Virus record (IMG/VR): IMGVR_UViG_3300037878_000134
Span: 1 to 64,000 of that record
Source of the DNA: a virus
Taxonomy: Duplodnaviria; Caudoviricetes
Direction: 5' to 3' (one strand)
DNA length: 64,000 nucleotides
Below the pieces are notes generated by a model. That model was not told where the DNA came from. It did not search any database and saw only the letters and a list, made by a program, of their open reading frames with translations. The position numbers were made by a program, and so were the translations under genes. This document shows positions 54,860-64,000 of the stretch, piece by piece; position 1 is the first letter of the stretch, and every line of letters begins with the position of its first letter.

Positions 54860-56479
54860 ATGACCGACGACAAGCAACCCGAGTTGACTGAGGCCAAGCG
54901 CGAGCCGCGCAGCCACGATTTGAAGTGCTGGCCCCCTCAGTTCGACGCGCTCATGGATGGCACAAAGACACACGAGGTGCGCGTTGATGATCGCGGCTAC
55001 CAAGTTGGGGATCTGTTGGTGCTTCACGAGTGGGATCCGAACGGAAAGGAGTATTCTGGCCGCGAGATTCGCCGGGTAGTTTCTCACGTCACATCGGGAG
55101 GATCCTTCGGATTGCCTCCGGGCTTGGTGGTTATGAGCGTGAAGCCCGACATCGAGCACGGCCCCCGCCTGTCTGATGCGGAGCTACTCGGAAGCGTCGA
55201 TGCCGCCGTGTGGGCTCGTGAATTTTGCAAGACCTGGCGACAGGTCGTCCACCCCGATCAGCCCTGCCCGGACGAAGGCTGGATGATCGCCTGGTTTGCG
55301 AATGCGATGATGGCGATGCACGATCACGTCGAACCGAAGCACGAGCAGCAGGACTCTTCCGCGCCCACGTCAGGCGACGCGGAGATGGCGCGCAAGTGCC
55401 TTGATGCTGGCAGAGCAGCACGGCGTCTGACTCCAATCGAGGACAAGGTTTGGGATAGCCAAGTGAGCGGGTGGGCTACGGCCATGTTCATCGAGGCTCG
55501 CCGCCTCCTCGAGGTCGATGCGCTGCGGGCCGAGAACACGCGAATCTCCGACCATCTGGCGCGCCTCCTCGCCCGTATCGACGACTTCGAGCGACTCCAC
55601 CAGGCGGACCAGGAGCGCATCGCCTACCTGGAGCATGAGCTGGCGATACTGCCGGCACCACGTCCACGAATTGTCTGTCTCTGCGGGTCCACGCGCTTCT
55701 ATCAGCAGTTCAAGGAGGCGAACTACCGCGAGACGATGGCCGGGAAGATCGTGCTGTCGGTGGGGTTCTACCCGCACGCCCAGGTACAAGAACACGGACA
55801 GCATCTCGGCGTAACCGCCGAGCAGAAGGTCGCCCTCGACGAGCTCCACAAGCGCAAGATTGACTTGGCTGACGAAGTCTTGGTGCTCGACGTTGGTGGG
55901 TACATCGGGGAATCGACCAAGAGTGAGATTGAGCACGCCAAGAGAGCCGGGAAGCCAATTCGATACCTGAGCGCCCAAAGCGCGCCCTCGGGAGCGCTCC
56001 GGGCCGAACAAGCCATCGGCGTCGCGTTGTCGGTGGTCATGTGCAAGACCGAAATGGGAGAATGCCAGGAACTGGCCCCCGGTTTCCTTCGGCACTTGGC
56101 AGCCATGGGATGGACACTGGCGCCAGTGCAAGAACAAACCGCTGCTCAGGCGCTCGCGAAGGTGACGCTGGCAATCGGCTCTCAGCGGCTCGCCATCCAG
56201 GAAGACTTCATCAAGGCGTTTGTCGAAGAGACCGGGGCTAAGATTGCGGACTGCGTGCTGAAAGAGGAGATCAAGGACGGGAAAATCTCGTGGTGGCTGG
56301 AGCATCGGCCCACGCCGAAGGCCCAGCCTCCCGAGGTCTACGTCGGGTTGGATCTTGGCAACAAGGCCTTGGACAACGTCGCGATTGGCGTGTCCATCGG
56401 AGAGAGGCACCCATCTGCTCCCGCGGAACCGCTGACCGCGTCGGCGCCGAACGTTCGCCTACCCGGAGAAAAGGAATGA
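54860..56479 (+). CDS. mosaic protein: DUF3850 (PUA/ASCH-like) plus a nucleoside-deoxyribosyltransferase-like domain
   Basis: HDLKCWPPQFDALMDGTKTHEVRVDDRGYQVGD; CLCGSTRF...HKRKIDLADEVLVLDVGGYIGESTKSEIEHA. Confidence 0.65.
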   Translation: MTDDKQPELTEAKREPRSHDLKCWPPQFDALMDGTKTHEVRVDDRGYQVGDLLVLHEWDPNGKEYSGREIRRVVSHVTSGGSFGLPPGLVVMSVKPDIEHGPRLSDAELLGSVDAAVWAREFCKTWRQVVHPDQPCPDEGWMIAWFANAMMAMHDHVEPKHEQQDSSAPTSGDAEMARKCLDAGRAARRLTPIEDKVWDSQVSGWATAMFIEARRLLEVDALRAENTRISDHLARLLARIDDFERLHQADQERIAYLEHELAILPAPRPRIVCLCGSTRFYQQFKEANYRETMAGKIVLSVGFYPHAQVQEHGQHLGVTAEQKVALDELHKRKIDLADEVLVLDVGGYIGESTKSEIEHAKRAGKPIRYLSAQSAPSGALRAEQAIGVALSVVMCKTEMGECQELAPGFLRHLAAMGWTLAPVQEQTAAQALAKVTLAIGSQRLAIQEDFIKAFVEETGAKIADCVLKEEIKDGKISWWLEHRPTPKAQPPEVYVGLDLGNKALDNVAIGVSIGERHPSAPAEPLTASAPNVRLPGEKE

Positions 56480-56483
56480 GCTA

Positions 56484-56861
56484 ATGGGTTGGTCAGTCGG
56501 GTACGATGAGAACTGGAAGCGCGACATCGGGTATGGAGTCCCGGCCACCTGCGATTACCCGGAGTGCGGTGCAGAGATTGATCGCGGTCTCAGCTTCGTG
56601 TGCGGGAGCGAACCATACGGCGGGGAGCACGGCTGCGGTCTCTATTTCTGTGAAAAGCATCTCTCATATGGGAGCGACAGGAAGCCCGTCCAACTGTGCT
56701 GCCGTTGTGCCCAGGGCAGAGAACCATTCGTCCCTACGCCGGACACAGAGGAATGGAATCAGCACAAGGCAACGCATCCAAGCTGGGCCGCATGGCGAGC
56801 GGAACATCCAGAGTTTGCTGCCTCCCATTCTTCCGGGACGGTGGAGAAGCTGCGACCATGA
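56484..56861 (+). CDS. conserved phage hypothetical protein (Cys-rich)
   Basis: RDIGYGVPATCDYPEC...IDRGL. Confidence 0.6.
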   Translation: MGWSVGYDENWKRDIGYGVPATCDYPECGAEIDRGLSFVCGSEPYGGEHGCGLYFCEKHLSYGSDRKPVQLCCRCAQGREPFVPTPDTEEWNQHKATHPSWAAWRAEHPEFAASHSSGTVEKLRP

Positions 56862-57235
56862 AAGACCTGGAGATCCAGATCGCCAGGCTCATCCGCAGCG
56901 CCGTCAGGGGACAATGCCTGATGGCAATCAGCCGATTCCGCGCTGGAATTCTGAACGCGATACCTGGGCACGCGAGATCAACATCGCCGCCACGCGAGAG
57001 GCGCCTTGCTCCCGGACAGCCGGGCAAGCGAGGCCGAAAGGCTGAGCTCGTCGAATTTCGTGGCAAGACACAGACGCTGGACAAGTGGGCTGCGGACACC
57101 GGGATCGCAGTTGACACCATCCGCTGTCGTCTCAAGCGTGGGTGGACGATGGAACAGGCGCTGACGCGTCCTAGTCGCACCAAGCGGGCCGCTCGCGAAT
57201 TGTCTGGCCCGGAAAATACACGCGTGCTAAAGTGA
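56858..57235 (+). CDS. putative DNA-binding protein
   Basis: FRGKTQTLDKWAADTGI..TIRCRLKRGWT.EQALT, a motif often found in HNH-associated DNA-binding domains. Confidence 0.55.
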   Translation: MKDLEIQIARLIRSAVRGQCLMAISRFRAGILNAIPGHARSTSPPRERRLAPGQPGKRGRKAELVEFRGKTQTLDKWAADTGIAVDTIRCRLKRGWTMEQALTRPSRTKRAARELSGPENTRVLK

Positions 57236-57240
57236 GGACT

Positions 57241-57438
57241 ATGAACACGCAGAAAAGGTCGCCTGGTCGTGGCCGCCCTCGGGTCGCTGACCCGAAAGTC
57301 TCCTCGCATGTTCGCCTGTCGTCGTCGGAGCGTGAGCTGTGCAATGCCGCCGCTAATCTGCGGGGGATGCCGTTTTCCACCTGGTCCCGCGTGCGGCTCG
57401 TGGACGCCGCACGGGCGGAACTAGCGTCAACGCACTGA
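57241..57438 (+). CDS. small RHH-like regulator
   Basis: GRGRP...VRLSSSERE...AA..GM.FSTWSR. Confidence 0.55.
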   Translation: MNTQKRSPGRGRPRVADPKVSSHVRLSSSERELCNAAANLRGMPFSTWSRVRLVDAARAELASTH

Positions 57439-57483
57439 GATAATGCCACACATCATAATCATACGGGGCGGTGTTGATTTCTC

Positions 57484-57511
57484 TTGCCCCGTAAATCCCA
57501 CATGCTAGAAT
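57484..57511 (+). promoter_or_regulatory. sigma70 promoter (extended -10)
   Basis: TTGCCC-16 nt-TAGAAT with TG at the extended position. Confidence 0.55.
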
Positions 57512-57520
57512 GTATGTGTG

Positions 57521-57745
57521 ATGATGACAACAGCGACAAAAGCCAAGCTCAGTAGGACCCAGGAAATGCAGGCCGCGGACGAGGCCACCGGGCTCTCCGA
57601 ATCTGCCAGCCCGATGCTGGTCACCGCGGCCGAGGCCGCCTACCACGCTCGTCCGATCACGATTCCAGGCACTGAGCGCGCCACGCTGGCGGAGCGCCGC
57701 CGCGGACTGCGCCGCACCGTAACCCTCCCCGCGTTTGCCGCCTGA
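57521..57745 (+). CDS. hypothetical protein
   Basis: 74 aa just downstream of the promoter. Confidence 0.45.
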   Translation: MMTTATKAKLSRTQEMQAADEATGLSESASPMLVTAAEAAYHARPITIPGTERATLAERRRGLRRTVTLPAFAA

Positions 57746-57757
57746 AAGGAGACGATC

Positions 57758-58021
57758 ATGGCAACCAGGGTTTTCCCAATCGTCCACCTGAATGGGACAT
57801 CCAAGCGGGAATTGATTGATCAGGCATGCGAGGCCGGCAGGGCCCTGCGGGCGGCTTACGATGCGTGCAGCAACGCCGCTCCGAACGCTCGGGACTACTA
57901 CTTGCGGGAAGGAAGTTTCGGCCTGGCCCAGGCTGCGCACGTGGCGCGAATGAACGCACTGTCAGAGCAGATCGCTTTTTTCCAGGCACTGGCCATCCAC
58001 TGTGACGGCGAGGAAGAGTGA
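57758..58021 (+). CDS. hypothetical protein
   Basis: RBS AAGGAG; PIVHLNGTS motif. Confidence 0.6.
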   Translation: MATRVFPIVHLNGTSKRELIDQACEAGRALRAAYDACSNAAPNARDYYLREGSFGLAQAAHVARMNALSEQIAFFQALAIHCDGEEE

Positions 58022-58278
58022 CCACCATGATGAGCGTACGCAACACAAATGAGGCCTTTGGGGAATCAGGGCCGTTCGAGACCGAGAGCATCAATGCGCT
58101 GGTCGAGGAATACCGGCGCGAGACGCTGCCCAGCTGGGCCGCCGATGCATGGATGACCGCAGACGACGACGACAGTAAACGACCTGCGCTGGCCGGCGAA
58201 TCTCGTGAGCAGTACATCGAGCGCGTAGTGGATGAGCTGGCGGGGGAATTTGAGGACGGCTTGGAAATCGTCGAGTAG
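58018..58278 (+). CDS. acidic hypothetical protein
   Basis: 86 aa. Confidence 0.5.
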   Translation: MTTMMSVRNTNEAFGESGPFETESINALVEEYRRETLPSWAADAWMTADDDDSKRPALAGESREQYIERVVDELAGEFEDGLEIVE

Positions 58279-58397
58279 CTCCCGCGTCGCTGTCCGCACG
58301 CTGTGGTCAGTGTGCGGACACTGGCGAGGAGCCAGACCCCGACGAGATGTCTCGACGGGAACCGCGGGCCGGGCGGCCCGCAGAAAGAAGAGAGACC

Positions 58398-59453
58398 ATG
58401 GCAACCGTGACGATCAAGTACAAGCTCTCCGAGACTGGGCGCAAGGCGCACTTGTTGGCCGGCGGCAACGGCAAGCAAGCGCAATCCGTCGAGGTCACGC
58501 TGACCCCGGAGCTACTCGCAATCGCAGACGTCGATACCGAGGGCCGGGCGAGCATCACAGTCGGCCAGTTCGCGGGAAGCTACACCGCGTCGAATGATCA
58601 TGTCTATCGCGAGCCGATCCTGGAGTTTGATGCCATCGCCCCGAGCGACGCGGGACAATGGGTCCTCGACGTACACCGGGCGGCCGAGGAGTCCCGCCAG
58701 CAGGCGGTTCAGGCGGCGCGTGAATGGACCGAGGCGCAGAAGGCCGAGCGCGCCGCGAAGACGGCGGAATGGCGCGCCCTGGCCGCGCGATACATCGCGG
58801 GAGATCCGGAGGTGAGCTGCACGAACAGTTACTACGGAACTCTGTGCGGCATTGGACCTGCCCTCAGTGCCACCGACACGGACGCCACGGAGAGCGAGCG
58901 CCGGCCGGTAGACGTGGAATGCGAGCGACGCGAGGCCGCAGCCAAAGCTGCGAAAAACGCGGAATTCGCCCGAGGCCAGGCCGAAACCGCCGCGAAAGCG
59001 GCGAGCGTCTTGGCGGCGCGGAGAGCGCTCCTCGTCACAGTCGGCGCACCCGCGCATGCGCTGGAGCGTCTCGATGCTGGCGTGTTGCCGGAGGCCGAGC
59101 TGCTCTCGACGGTCCGCGATTACGTCCTGCCGGAGACCCTCACTGGCGTCCAGGTCTATCAGCCGCACGACCGCGATGACATCGACCACGCCTCGGGCTG
59201 CAATTACGGGGGGGACTGTAACATCATGTGGTCCGTGCATCCCGGGGACGGCGATCCGCTCACGGCCGAGGAGTGGGGGAATCTCAAGGCGGTGCGCGCG
59301 GCGGCCGAACTAATTCCCGGCGCCAAAGTCGACGTACGCGAGCACCGCGCCACGCTCGCCTGCGATTGCCCGAACCAGAACTGGTACACGGCGCGAGTCC
59401 AGGTCACCTACCCAGACGCCGACCTGACCGTGCAGCGGCAATACGCGCTGTAG
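58398..59453 (+). CDS. hypothetical protein
   Basis: 351 aa from ATG 58398. Confidence 0.6.
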   Translation: MATVTIKYKLSETGRKAHLLAGGNGKQAQSVEVTLTPELLAIADVDTEGRASITVGQFAGSYTASNDHVYREPILEFDAIAPSDAGQWVLDVHRAAEESRQQAVQAAREWTEAQKAERAAKTAEWRALAARYIAGDPEVSCTNSYYGTLCGIGPALSATDTDATESERRPVDVECERREAAAKAAKNAEFARGQAETAAKAASVLAARRALLVTVGAPAHALERLDAGVLPEAELLSTVRDYVLPETLTGVQVYQPHDRDDIDHASGCNYGGDCNIMWSVHPGDGDPLTAEEWGNLKAVRAAAELIPGAKVDVREHRATLACDCPNQNWYTARVQVTYPDADLTVQRQYAL

Positions 59454-59548
59454 TCCGCAGCGGTCCGCCTGTCTCGGCGGAGGCGGGTGGGACGAAGCGA
59501 ACTACCGAGCCGGCCGGACGCCGGCAGCCCCAAAGAAGGAGCAAGGTC

Positions 59549-59914
59549 ATGAAGATGAGCAGCGGATTTAAGACGATCGCGGAAGCATGCAAGGGTCACG
59601 AGTACGGCCACGTGCCGGGTCACCACTACCATGACGTCGAGGTCGGCGTGGGCCACAAGGGTGCACAGTACCGCGCGGTCGTGCTGGAGACCTGGGGAAG
59701 CGCGCAGGGATACGACGAGGAGCACGGCAGGCGCAAGGTCGTGGCTCGTGGGACCGACCCGCGCGATGTATTGCGAGAGTGCGCCACACGCGCACGCGCA
59801 GCGGGCATCGGAGGCGACGACCCGAAGCACGCCAGCTATCTGGTGCAAGCGCTGAGCGAGTGTGAGGACGCGTTGGAGGATGCGCTCGAAACTCAGCAGG
59901 CCACGTCCGCGTAG
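59549..59914 (+). CDS. hypothetical protein
   Basis: RBS AAGGAG. Confidence 0.55.
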   Translation: MKMSSGFKTIAEACKGHEYGHVPGHHYHDVEVGVGHKGAQYRAVVLETWGSAQGYDEEHGRRKVVARGTDPRDVLRECATRARAAGIGGDDPKHASYLVQALSECEDALEDALETQQATSA

Positions 59915-59973
59915 CACACCCCATCCCGGCGGCGCTGATTGACTCGGCCACCGGGAACCACGAGGAGACGAGG

Positions 59974-60144
59974 ATGCGAGACACCGACCACGAGACAGTG
60001 AGGCGCGAGACCGCGCATCTGCGCCGCGTCCTGGACCAGCTCCAGGAGCAGCTCGAGGAGGCGCAGGAGGCCCTGAGCAAAATCGAGCAAGCAGCCGGGC
60101 TCGTGGACATGAACACCGGCGCGCGTTTCGACGGAGAGGAGTAG
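59974..60144 (+). CDS. small coiled-coil protein (56 aa)
   Basis: Hand translation; RBS GAGGAG. Confidence 0.45.
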   Translation: MRDTDHETVRRETAHLRRVLDQLQEQLEEAQEALSKIEQAAGLVDMNTGARFDGEE

Positions 60145-60147
60145 GAC

Positions 60148-60384
60148 GTGGGCGAAGCCGCAGGGCTCTACGCGCTGGTGGCGCCCGATGGGGTAATGGT
60201 CAAGGTCACCAGAGATCCGAACGAGTTTCGCGGCGCGGTCACCGAAGACATCTTGTTCCGGATGCTCTTCGCCAAGCTCAACGAGATGTACCAGTCCGGG
60301 AAAGAGCCCCACGAAGCATTCCTGGCCATCGAGAAGGAAGCGGCCGAGCTGCGGAGCAAGTACCAGCTGCAGAAACTCCGGTGA
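60148..60384 (+). CDS. hypothetical protein
   Basis: 78 aa. Confidence 0.5.
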   Translation: MGEAAGLYALVAPDGVMVKVTRDPNEFRGAVTEDILFRMLFAKLNEMYQSGKEPHEAFLAIEKEAAELRSKYQLQKLR

Positions 60385-60423
60385 TAGTCAAGCGGCAGCG
60401 AACAAGTGGCCATCTGTTCGCTG

Positions 60424-60531
60424 CTCGAAATGCCTGCTCAGGGGGCTATGCCTTGAGATTGGCTATCTGGACGCTGCCAAAGACGGGGGCATGCTCTCGC
60501 AAAGCCCGCTCAGAGGGCCATGTCCTGAGAC
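60424..60531 (+). CRISPR. satellite mini-array 3: 2 variant repeats, 1 spacer
   Basis: CTCGAAATGCCTGCTCAGGGGGCTATGCCTTGAGAT (60424-60459), 36-nt spacer, CTCGCAAAGCCCGCTCAGAGGGCCATGTCCTGAGAC (60496-60531). Confidence 0.8.
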
Positions 60532-60678
60532 ATTACTTCGGTGGTCTTGTCGAGGGGGCGTAGCTCATCGCTTGCCTCGCGACCAATTAGAGCACTTTTC
60601 GCGCAAGTGCCTGAAAACACTTAGATGTGCTTGGGTTGACCGCGATCGCGGCGCCTGGGTACAATTAGAGCAGTTTTC

Positions 60679-60945
60679 ATGTTGCAAACGCGCATTCTGC
60701 GGGGGCTCGTCGGCATCACCCAGAGAGAGCTGGAGGAAGAATCCGGGATCCGGCACGCCTCGATGGTTCTGTACGAGCGGGGCCACGCATTCCCCTCGCG
60801 GCGTCAGTGCAAGCGCATCGACGACGCCATGATCCGGATTCTCGAGCGGCGCTATCTGACCGCCGTGGCGGAGCAGCACAAGGAGCGTGCTGACCCCGGG
60901 CCGGAGCTGCCGGAAGGCGACGCGGACGAGCTGGCGGCGGACTAG
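60679..60945 (+). CDS. XRE-type HTH protein
   Basis: GITQRELEEESGIRHASMVLYERG. Confidence 0.7.
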   Translation: MLQTRILRGLVGITQRELEEESGIRHASMVLYERGHAFPSRRQCKRIDDAMIRILERRYLTAVAEQHKERADPGPELPEGDADELAAD

Positions 60946-60948
60946 TCC

Positions 60949-61725
60949 ATGGCCGCGAAGGTGATCACGCCCGTGCAGCGGCGGAAGCGGCGCCCGCCGG
61001 ATCCGCCTGGGCCCTCCGCGCAGAACACCAGGAAGGACGCGCAGGTGGAAGAGAATCTGCGCGCCATGGGCGGCGATCCGACACTGAGCCCGCCCGGGAG
61101 CATGAAGCCGGAGCAGCGCGAGCTGGAGGAGATCGAGCAGTACATCGCGGGCGACGGGACGCTCTCGCGCCAGCCGCAGGTCCGCCGCCTGCTGCGCGAG
61201 GTTTCCATGGAGCAGGCGTGCAACCTGGACGGTACGCCGCTCATGATCGGGCCGGAGGGAAAGCAGCGTCAGATCCCGGGAACCTGGTGGAAGGTCTTGT
61301 GGCGGGCGGGCTTCCTGAAGGCCATCCAGGGAGACCAAGAGTGGGCCGAGCGCATCTGGCTGACGCTGTTCGGCAAGCCTCGCGAAGCGATGGAGTTGAG
61401 CGGGGCGGGCGGCGGCCCTATTCAGATTTCCGAAGCACCGACGGACCCCGCCGAACTGACCAAGATGATCACGGGCAGCCTGCGCGTGCTGTCGGAATAC
61501 GCGGTAGGGGATAAGCAGGACCTGCCTGAGCCCTTGGAGGTACGGTCCATTCGCGCGCCCGAGGCACCGCCGGTCCTGGAGGCCCAGATAGTGCCGGTAG
61601 GCGCGCCGGGCGGCGTCCCGGGCGGGATACCGGGGGGAATCCCCCCCAGCATGCCGGGCGGCGTACCGGGCGGCCGCTCGCAGATTCCGGTGCCGCCCTT
61701 CGTGGGGAGCGTGAAAATTCGTTGA
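60949..61725 (+). CDS. putative terminase small subunit
   Basis: Position before terL; LFGKPREAMELSGAGGGPIQI tail typical of TerS; PGG repeats. Confidence 0.55.
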   Translation: MAAKVITPVQRRKRRPPDPPGPSAQNTRKDAQVEENLRAMGGDPTLSPPGSMKPEQRELEEIEQYIAGDGTLSRQPQVRRLLREVSMEQACNLDGTPLMIGPEGKQRQIPGTWWKVLWRAGFLKAIQGDQEWAERIWLTLFGKPREAMELSGAGGGPIQISEAPTDPAELTKMITGSLRVLSEYAVGDKQDLPEPLEVRSIRAPEAPPVLEAQIVPVGAPGGVPGGIPGGIPPSMPGGVPGGRSQIPVPPFVGSVKIR

Positions 61726-61771
61726 TGGACTGGCAGCCGAAGGAGGCAGTATCCACGTCGATGAGTAGCCG

Positions 61772-63211
61772 ATGAGCACCCTGAAGTCCGAGCGCATCAC
61801 ATCCCTGGTTCCCGATCCGGCGAACCCGCGACGCATGACTGACGAAGCGACGGCGGGCCTGGCGCGCAGCATGGAGCGCTTCGGGGCTCTGGACATCGTC
61901 TTCAACCGCCGGACGAAACAGCTGGTGTCCGGGCATCAGCGCGTGGCGGCGCTCAAGGCCGCGGGCGCGAAGAGCATCCAGCGGAGCGGCGACTGGGGCT
62001 TCATCCTGCACCCGAAGACCAAGGAGCGCTTCCCGGTGCGCTACGTCGACTGGACGCCCGAGGAGCAGCGCATCGCGAACATCACCGCCAACAACATGAA
62101 CATCATGGGCGCGTTCCAGCCGCTGGTGCTGGAGCAGCTCGACGCGCTCAAGCTGGACGCGGACTTCGGAACGCTGCAGCTCGATGCGCTTCAGGTGCAG
62201 CAGTGGGAGAGTCAGCCCGAGCCCGACAGGAAGGATGGCAACTGTGACCCCGACGAGGTGCCCGAGCCCCCCGCCGAGCCGGTCTCGAAGCGCGGCGACC
62301 TGTGGATTCTGGGCGAGCATCGGCTGCTATGCGGCGACTCCACGCAGGCTGAGGATGTGGCGCGCCTTCTCGGCACCGAAAAGCCTCACTTGATGGTCAC
62401 TGACCCCCCCTATGGAGTGAAATACGATGCCGAGTGGAGAGACGAGGCCGCGAAACATTGCGCATCGATGGGCAACAGGAAAGATAGCGCGCTTGGGCGA
62501 GTCGCGAATGACGAGCGAGCAGACTGGCGCGAGGCCTGGGCACTCTTCCCCGGAGATGTTGGCTATGTGTGGCATGCAGACCTGCATGCCACGGAGGTGC
62601 TCGGATCCTTAGTGGCCGCTGGATTCAAGGCGCGCTCTCAGATCATTTGGGCCAAGAGCCACTTGGTCATCGGGAGAGGCGATTATCATTACCAGCACGA
62701 GCCTTGTTGGTACGTTGTGCGATCCGGCAAGACCGGGCACTACAACGGCGACCGGACGCAAACGACGCTTTGGCAGATAGCCAAGCCGCAGAAGTCAGAG
62801 ACCGGCCACAGCACGCAGAAGCCAGTGGAATGCATGTCACGGCTCGTCGCGAACAATTCCAAGCGCGGTGAGTCCGTTTATGATCCATTCTGCGGCAGCG
62901 GCACCACGATCATCGCCGCCGAGATGCACGGCCGACGCTGCTTCGCCATGGAACTGGAGCCCCGCTATGTGGACGTAGCCGTAGCCCGATGGGAGAAGTT
63001 CACGGGCAAGGCCTCGGTGCTGGCGAGCACGGGTCAGCGGCTATCGGAGCTGAAAGCCGGCGGGCGACGCCGGGCCAAGGGCAATAGCCGGCACGAAGAC
63101 GAGCGGGATGCAGCCATCGCCCGCGAACGGCTGGTGGAGATATCCGAGCACCCTGAGCGCGTAGTCAGCGGGACGGAAGTTGAATCCATCCTGGAAGCCA
63201 AGGCGCGGTAG
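61772..63211 (+). CDS. ParB-like domain fused to DNA N6-methyltransferase
   Basis: PDPANPRRM...GHQRV; HRLLCGDST; TDPPYG; YDPFCGSGTT. Confidence 0.9.
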   Translation: MSTLKSERITSLVPDPANPRRMTDEATAGLARSMERFGALDIVFNRRTKQLVSGHQRVAALKAAGAKSIQRSGDWGFILHPKTKERFPVRYVDWTPEEQRIANITANNMNIMGAFQPLVLEQLDALKLDADFGTLQLDALQVQQWESQPEPDRKDGNCDPDEVPEPPAEPVSKRGDLWILGEHRLLCGDSTQAEDVARLLGTEKPHLMVTDPPYGVKYDAEWRDEAAKHCASMGNRKDSALGRVANDERADWREAWALFPGDVGYVWHADLHATEVLGSLVAAGFKARSQIIWAKSHLVIGRGDYHYQHEPCWYVVRSGKTGHYNGDRTQTTLWQIAKPQKSETGHSTQKPVECMSRLVANNSKRGESVYDPFCGSGTTIIAAEMHGRRCFAMELEPRYVDVAVARWEKFTGKASVLASTGQRLSELKAGGRRRAKGNSRHEDERDAAIARERLVEISEHPERVVSGTEVESILEAKAR

Positions 63212-63213
63212 CG

Positions 63214-64000
63214 GTGGAAATCCAGTCGGTCGAGCTCGGTCAGAAGTTCGCGGCTCGCCCTCCACCCCTGGACTTTCTGCGCGCGGAAGCGAGCAAATAC
63301 CGGCGCGAGCTCATCAAGCTGGCCCGCATCGACATGCCGACGTTTTTCTCGTTCGTCATGCGGGACGAGACCACGGGCGGCATGATGGAGGTGAGCGCGA
63401 CGCAGAGGCTCTGGCATCGGCTGGCCGACAAGTACGACCGGCTTGTGATGTGGTCACACATGGAGGCTGGCAAAACCCTCCAGATGTCCGTGGCGCGCAC
63501 GCTCTGGGAGCTGGGCCGCAACCCGGGTCTCCGCTTCGCGATTGTGAGCGCGACGGCCACGCAGGCCGCGAAGATCGCAGGCCTCATCGGGAACTACGTC
63601 GTCAACTCGCCCGAGCTGCGGGAGGTCTTTCCCGACCTGGTTCCCGATCCCAATGGCCCGTGGAACACGCAGCAGCTCACGGTCAAGCGGCCCGGAGTCA
63701 TGGCCAAGGATCCGAGCGTCCAGGTGGTAGGGATCGGCTCCAATATCCAGGGCTCGCGTCTCAACCGGGTGATCCTCGACGACGTGCTCACCTGGGACAA
63801 CACGCACAGCCAGCACATGCGCGACGGGTGCTGGGACTGGTACCACAAGACGATACCAGGCCGCGTCTCGCCCGTGGATGGGCGGATCCTCGGGATCGGG
63901 AACGTCTGGCACAACCAAGACTTGCTGCATCGGCTGGCAGACAACCCGCTCTGGCACGGCTTCAAGTTTCCCATCCAGAACCCGGACGGCAGCTCGACCT
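63214..64000 (+). CDS. terL: terminase large subunit, 3'-truncated by the window
   Basis: Hand translation: Walker A-like SHMEAGKT, IVSAT, IQGSR...ILDD (Walker B), GIGNVWHNQDL. Confidence 0.85.
   Translation, partial: MEIQSVELGQKFAARPPPLDFLRAEASKYRRELIKLARIDMPTFFSFVMRDETTGGMMEVSATQRLWHRLADKYDRLVMWSHMEAGKTLQMSVARTLWELGRNPGLRFAIVSATATQAAKIAGLIGNYVVNSPELREVFPDLVPDPNGPWNTQQLTVKRPGVMAKDPSVQVVGIGSNIQGSRLNRVILDDVLTWDNTHSQHMRDGCWDWYHKTIPGRVSPVDGRILGIGNVWHNQDLLHRLADNPLWHGFKFPIQNPDGSST

Noticed and set aside
1898-62320. Many long minus-strand ORFs (e.g. 5856..7601, 14088..15476, 27544..28764, 55370..56410, 60565..61905)
   Set aside because: Antisense shadows of clear + strand genes in high-GC DNA, with no motifs

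Overview
Nearly the whole genome of a high-GC temperate, contractile-tailed (myovirus-like) phage or prophage. All plausible genes are on the + strand; the long - strand ORFs are treated as high-GC shadows. Order: head-tail/neck, tail sheath/tube/chaperone (with a -1 frameshift)/tape measure, baseplate, tail fibres and virion accessory genes (1-26.3 kb); lysis region with holin-like genes, a papain-like peptidase, a FliA-like sigma factor, RusA and an M15 endolysin (26.3-31 kb); recombination and replication genes with an IS1595-family insertion carrying passenger genes, a tyrosine integrase plus an internally deleted duplicate, a tRNA(CAT), an initiator with iterons, and methyltransferases (31-52 kb); then terS-like, ParB-MTase and the start of terL (61-64 kb). 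Portal and capsid genes are not in the window. The standout is a compact type V CRISPR system without cas1/cas2: a 605-aa Cas12m-like (V-U1/V-M) effector (52021-53838) with an apparently intact RuvC D-E-D triad. Its stop codon lies inside the first repeat of a 15-repeat array (53806-54825). Two satellite arrays of the same 36-bp repeat lie far from the gene (41843-42236 and 60424-60531). Spacer 5 matches 34/35 nt of the phage's own baseplate gene (15319-15353). All family assignments come from motif recognition by eye and recall; no database searches were run.
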